Below are positions 60,555-64,000 of a DNA stretch of 64,000 nt, in pieces. Position 1 is the first letter of the stretch. Each line of letters begins with the position of its first letter. This DNA comes from Auanema rhodensis (Eukaryota > Animalia > Nematoda). The stretch covers positions 5,828,001-5,892,000 of the forward strand of contig OZ059897.1 in NCBI GenBank assembly GCA_964057225.1, written 5' to 3'. Below the pieces are notes generated by a model. That model did not search any database. It worked only from the letters and a program-made list of their open reading frames with translations, and was not told the origin of the DNA. The position numbers and the translations under genes are program-made.

Positions 60555-63440
60555 ATATTTCTAAGAGCCATACATGTATACATACATATATACAAGGCGT
60601 GTTTAGTTCTTTTCCCTTATTTAGATATTGCAAAAGCACGTAGAATGTATAGTCTCTTAGTTAACTGACCAGTTCCTGACCCTTCATTCTACTTTCAAGC
60701 TTTAAGCATCATGATAAAGCTTGAAATTATGCTTCAATAGCTGTTTTCAAGGCTAATAAGAGATTTATAGAAGTCAAATAGAAAAGTCAGAACAGAAATA
60801 GAAATAGCATTCAAGTTGCCGAACATATAGTCTATCGGGATACCTTGAATGAGATAATCCAATAAGCTAAACACAGATTACAAGGTGAAAATCTTTTATT
60901 TTCATCTTAAAACATTGTAAAAGCATGATGTATGTCTAATTGATTATAGACAAAAAGCTAAATAAATTGAAAAAAGGAAGATTTTCAAAGGAAATAATGT
61001 GTTCGGGATAAATAAATCTTCATAGAAAGCATAGGATAACAACTACTATGCAGTTACTACTATTTGTAATTTGATCTTGAGCGATTTTCTTTTCGATCTT
61101 TCGGCCTCGTTGTTGTCAGCTGCCTGCTTAACCATAAAGACCTAATTCTGTTACTTTTCAATGTACGTATGGCAGTAGAGTAGGTGACAAAATATCAATT
61201 GAAACCGAATTAACAACATATTGTGTCAGATAGTTACAGAGAGAGAAAGAAATAGAAAGAGAAAGAGAGAGAGAGATGGGGAAAGGGGAGCTGGGAAACA
61301 AACATGTGGAAGTTTCTTTCTGCTTTGAAGCAGCAAACAGTCAATCATATGATAATAAATCTAATATCTATTGATTAGCTTTGTAATAGTTTTGAAAGTA
61401 AAAGAATAGATTTGCATAACTGTTAATGACATTCACATGTCATCATCATTTGCTCTTTTCCTTTTATTTTAACTGTTTGGTCACACTTCATCGTGTCACC
61501 AACTATGAAGCCATTCTGTTCATAAAAACTAATTATGTTTAGAAAGACTATGATGTTCTTTCTTGTGGAACATCAATGCTATGTCTATATATGTACTGTT
61601 ATTTATATGGAAAATAGTATGAAAGAGGATAGAATACACATGTTTTACGATGAGAAAATTTACTTTTTCATTGCTTGAGGTAAAACTGGGACAAGTTTGT
61701 ATGTGTGTTAAGTAAGATAGAATTGAAATGATTGATGTGCCATGTTTTTATTGTTAAAGATGTATATTATTCAATTCATTCATATAATATTGAATTTATA
61801 GAAAAATACAAAAATACATGAAGAAATTAAAGCTTCACCTTCTTATTTGTACAAAAAAAAAGTTTAAAAAATTAAAATCAAACAAGGAGAGAAGAGAAAA
61901 AGAGAATATGATATAGAGAAAGAGAGAAAGTGAAGTACACAACTTGCAAGCAATCTCGTTGGTTACGGTAAGCAGGAAGAGAAAAGAGTTCATCATCAGA
62001 TTTTGAACATATTGTGTCAGATGGTTCATTTTCTATTGTCTGTCTCTATTCAATATAATTGAAAAAGCTGCGAATAATGAACAAGTTTCAGACTGTAAAT
62101 AGTTAATGCTTTTAACTATTAACCGTCATCATCAACTTCTAAAAACGACAAATACGTAATAAGCTTGCAGTATATGTAACTAGATCAATTACGGTAACCA
62201 GTTGACTAGTTGGTCAAATAAAAAAAAAATAAAAAAAAAGAAAGTAAAAATGTAAATTGGAAACATTGTTATTTGAATCTTTTCCATTATTTCTATTACT
62301 TCTTCATCTTCTTTTTCAACTACTTTAACTACAATTTATTTCAATCTTTGTCAAGTTTTTAGATGGAATTGCTCTTAACTACTATCCTTTATATAATTTT
62401 TTTCACAATCCTTATATAATAGAATAAACAATTAAGAAATAAAGAATAAAATTTTTTTTTAACTGAGAAAAACTAAAATATTACAAGTTTTAAGAGAAAA
62501 GTTTTAAAGAAAGATACATATTGAAAGAGTTAGTAAAACTAGAAATGACCCAACCATGCACATGAAGTAGTTAAAGTAGTGCTTATAGCTTTTGTCATCT
62601 ATTTTCTGTATTTACAGAGAAAAATAATATTTGCTTTATCCCAAAAAAAAATTTTTTTTTCAATATTCACTGGCAGAACATCATATATGGGCAATTGAAA
62701 TTAAAAAGATTCATAATGGAACAGAGAAAAGCTATTATGATGAAGATACATATACATACATGTACACATACATACATACACATGTACATCTATATATATA
62801 TATATATAAATCAATTATTATATGATATAGTTAAATAATATTATATTAACTATATGTATATATATAAATATATTAAAAATAAATAGAGGATAATTGATCT
62901 TGAATCTTTAATGACATGACCAACAATATTTCAAGGTGAACGGTAAGACTTGAGAAGATGGGTGTATAGAAAGATGAAAAAGAAGAGGAGAAAAGATGGA
63001 AATGAGAAGAATCCAACAGAGTTCGAATGGAAATACAGACAAAGAAAGAATTGAAATTGAGGTCTTGTATATTACGTGAAAGGAATGAAAACAATATTGT
63101 GAAAGCAATCGGAAAGGTAAGGTTGAAGGTAAGGCAATTATCTATTCATAATTCGATATTTTCATGGAAAATTAGATTATTTCATTGAGCTCTTCAATAA
63201 GGTAAGCAGATGAAATAATTAAAGAAAACGAGAATAAAATGAAATGTATATTCATCTTCTATAATACTATGGTAAAAATGGTAAAATAGTTAGAAGAAAT
63301 GAACATATTTTTTAGAATTGGCTCAATTCATCACATGAAAAACATTAGTAATTCATTTAAGTGAAAATTGAGAAGAGCAAAAGAAGTCTGAATAAGAATG
63401 GACAATTAGATATGTAGTATAGAATGGTTAAGAGGGAAAA

Positions 63441-63442
<2 letters not shown>

Positions 63443-63493
<51 letters not shown>
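63443..63493. repeat. (GA)n microsatellite
   Basis: Perfect AG run. Confidence 0.9.
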
Positions 63494-63497
<4 letters not shown>

Positions 63498-64000
63498 AAG
63501 ATGGATGAAGGCATATCTTGAAGAGAGAAGCAACATAAGAAGATCAAAGCAGAAAAATAGAAACCTCTTTATAGATAGATTGACCATAATGAAAAGCTAT
63601 ATACTATCAACATCCGTATAAGCACAACGGATATTTACATGATGTTGAGTTAAAGCTTAAGCTGCACCTCAAGTATTCTACTGACTTTAAGGATAAACAA
63701 GAGGAAGATGGAACGGAATGACGTGAAGATGAGCAAGTACAACGAGAAATACATCATCATCCACATAGTTATAGTAGGCATATACGTACAATATAACGTC
63801 ATATCATCAAGCTGGATGTGTATGCTCAAGAGATGTAGATAGGTTGACGATTATGTGAAGGATTAGAGCTATGATTGGCTTGCAAGAGCAAAGTCATCAT
63901 CGTTCAGACGACGAAGCCGAGGACAACAATGACGAAGCAAGAAATATAAGGAGTCACTACAAACATATGAAATTGACGATAAAAATGTAAAGAAATAAGA

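Overview
AT-rich, short-intron eukaryotic DNA from a rhabditid-type nematode (TTTCAG acceptors, ~45-nt introns, srx and TWK gene families, a nematode-type tRNA-His). The species cannot be fixed from sequence alone. 1-31.5 kb is gene-dense: an srx-class GPCR, a probable pseudogene, two secreted Cys-rich proteins, asf-1 head-to-head with rpn-5, a TWK K+ channel, an orphan, an fgt-1/GLUT transporter with two first exons, two orphan membrane proteins and a serine carboxypeptidase. 31.8-46.9 kb is a ~15-kb repeat island with no protein-coding genes. In order it holds a degenerate satellite monomer, a G-rich strand-asymmetric minisatellite, a tRNA relic, an intact tRNA-His, about 44 x 200-bp satellite units, a cassette of 25-bp repeats separated by hairpin-rich spacers, and a 130-bp fold-back junction into about 9 inverted satellite units. 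The same boundary motif follows each of three sub-blocks. 47.5-64 kb is a minus-strand Rap1GAP gene plus a long non-coding upstream region. The modular repeat island is the best candidate for an undescribed system; its function is inference only. Gene boundaries were spliced by eye and may be off by a few bases.
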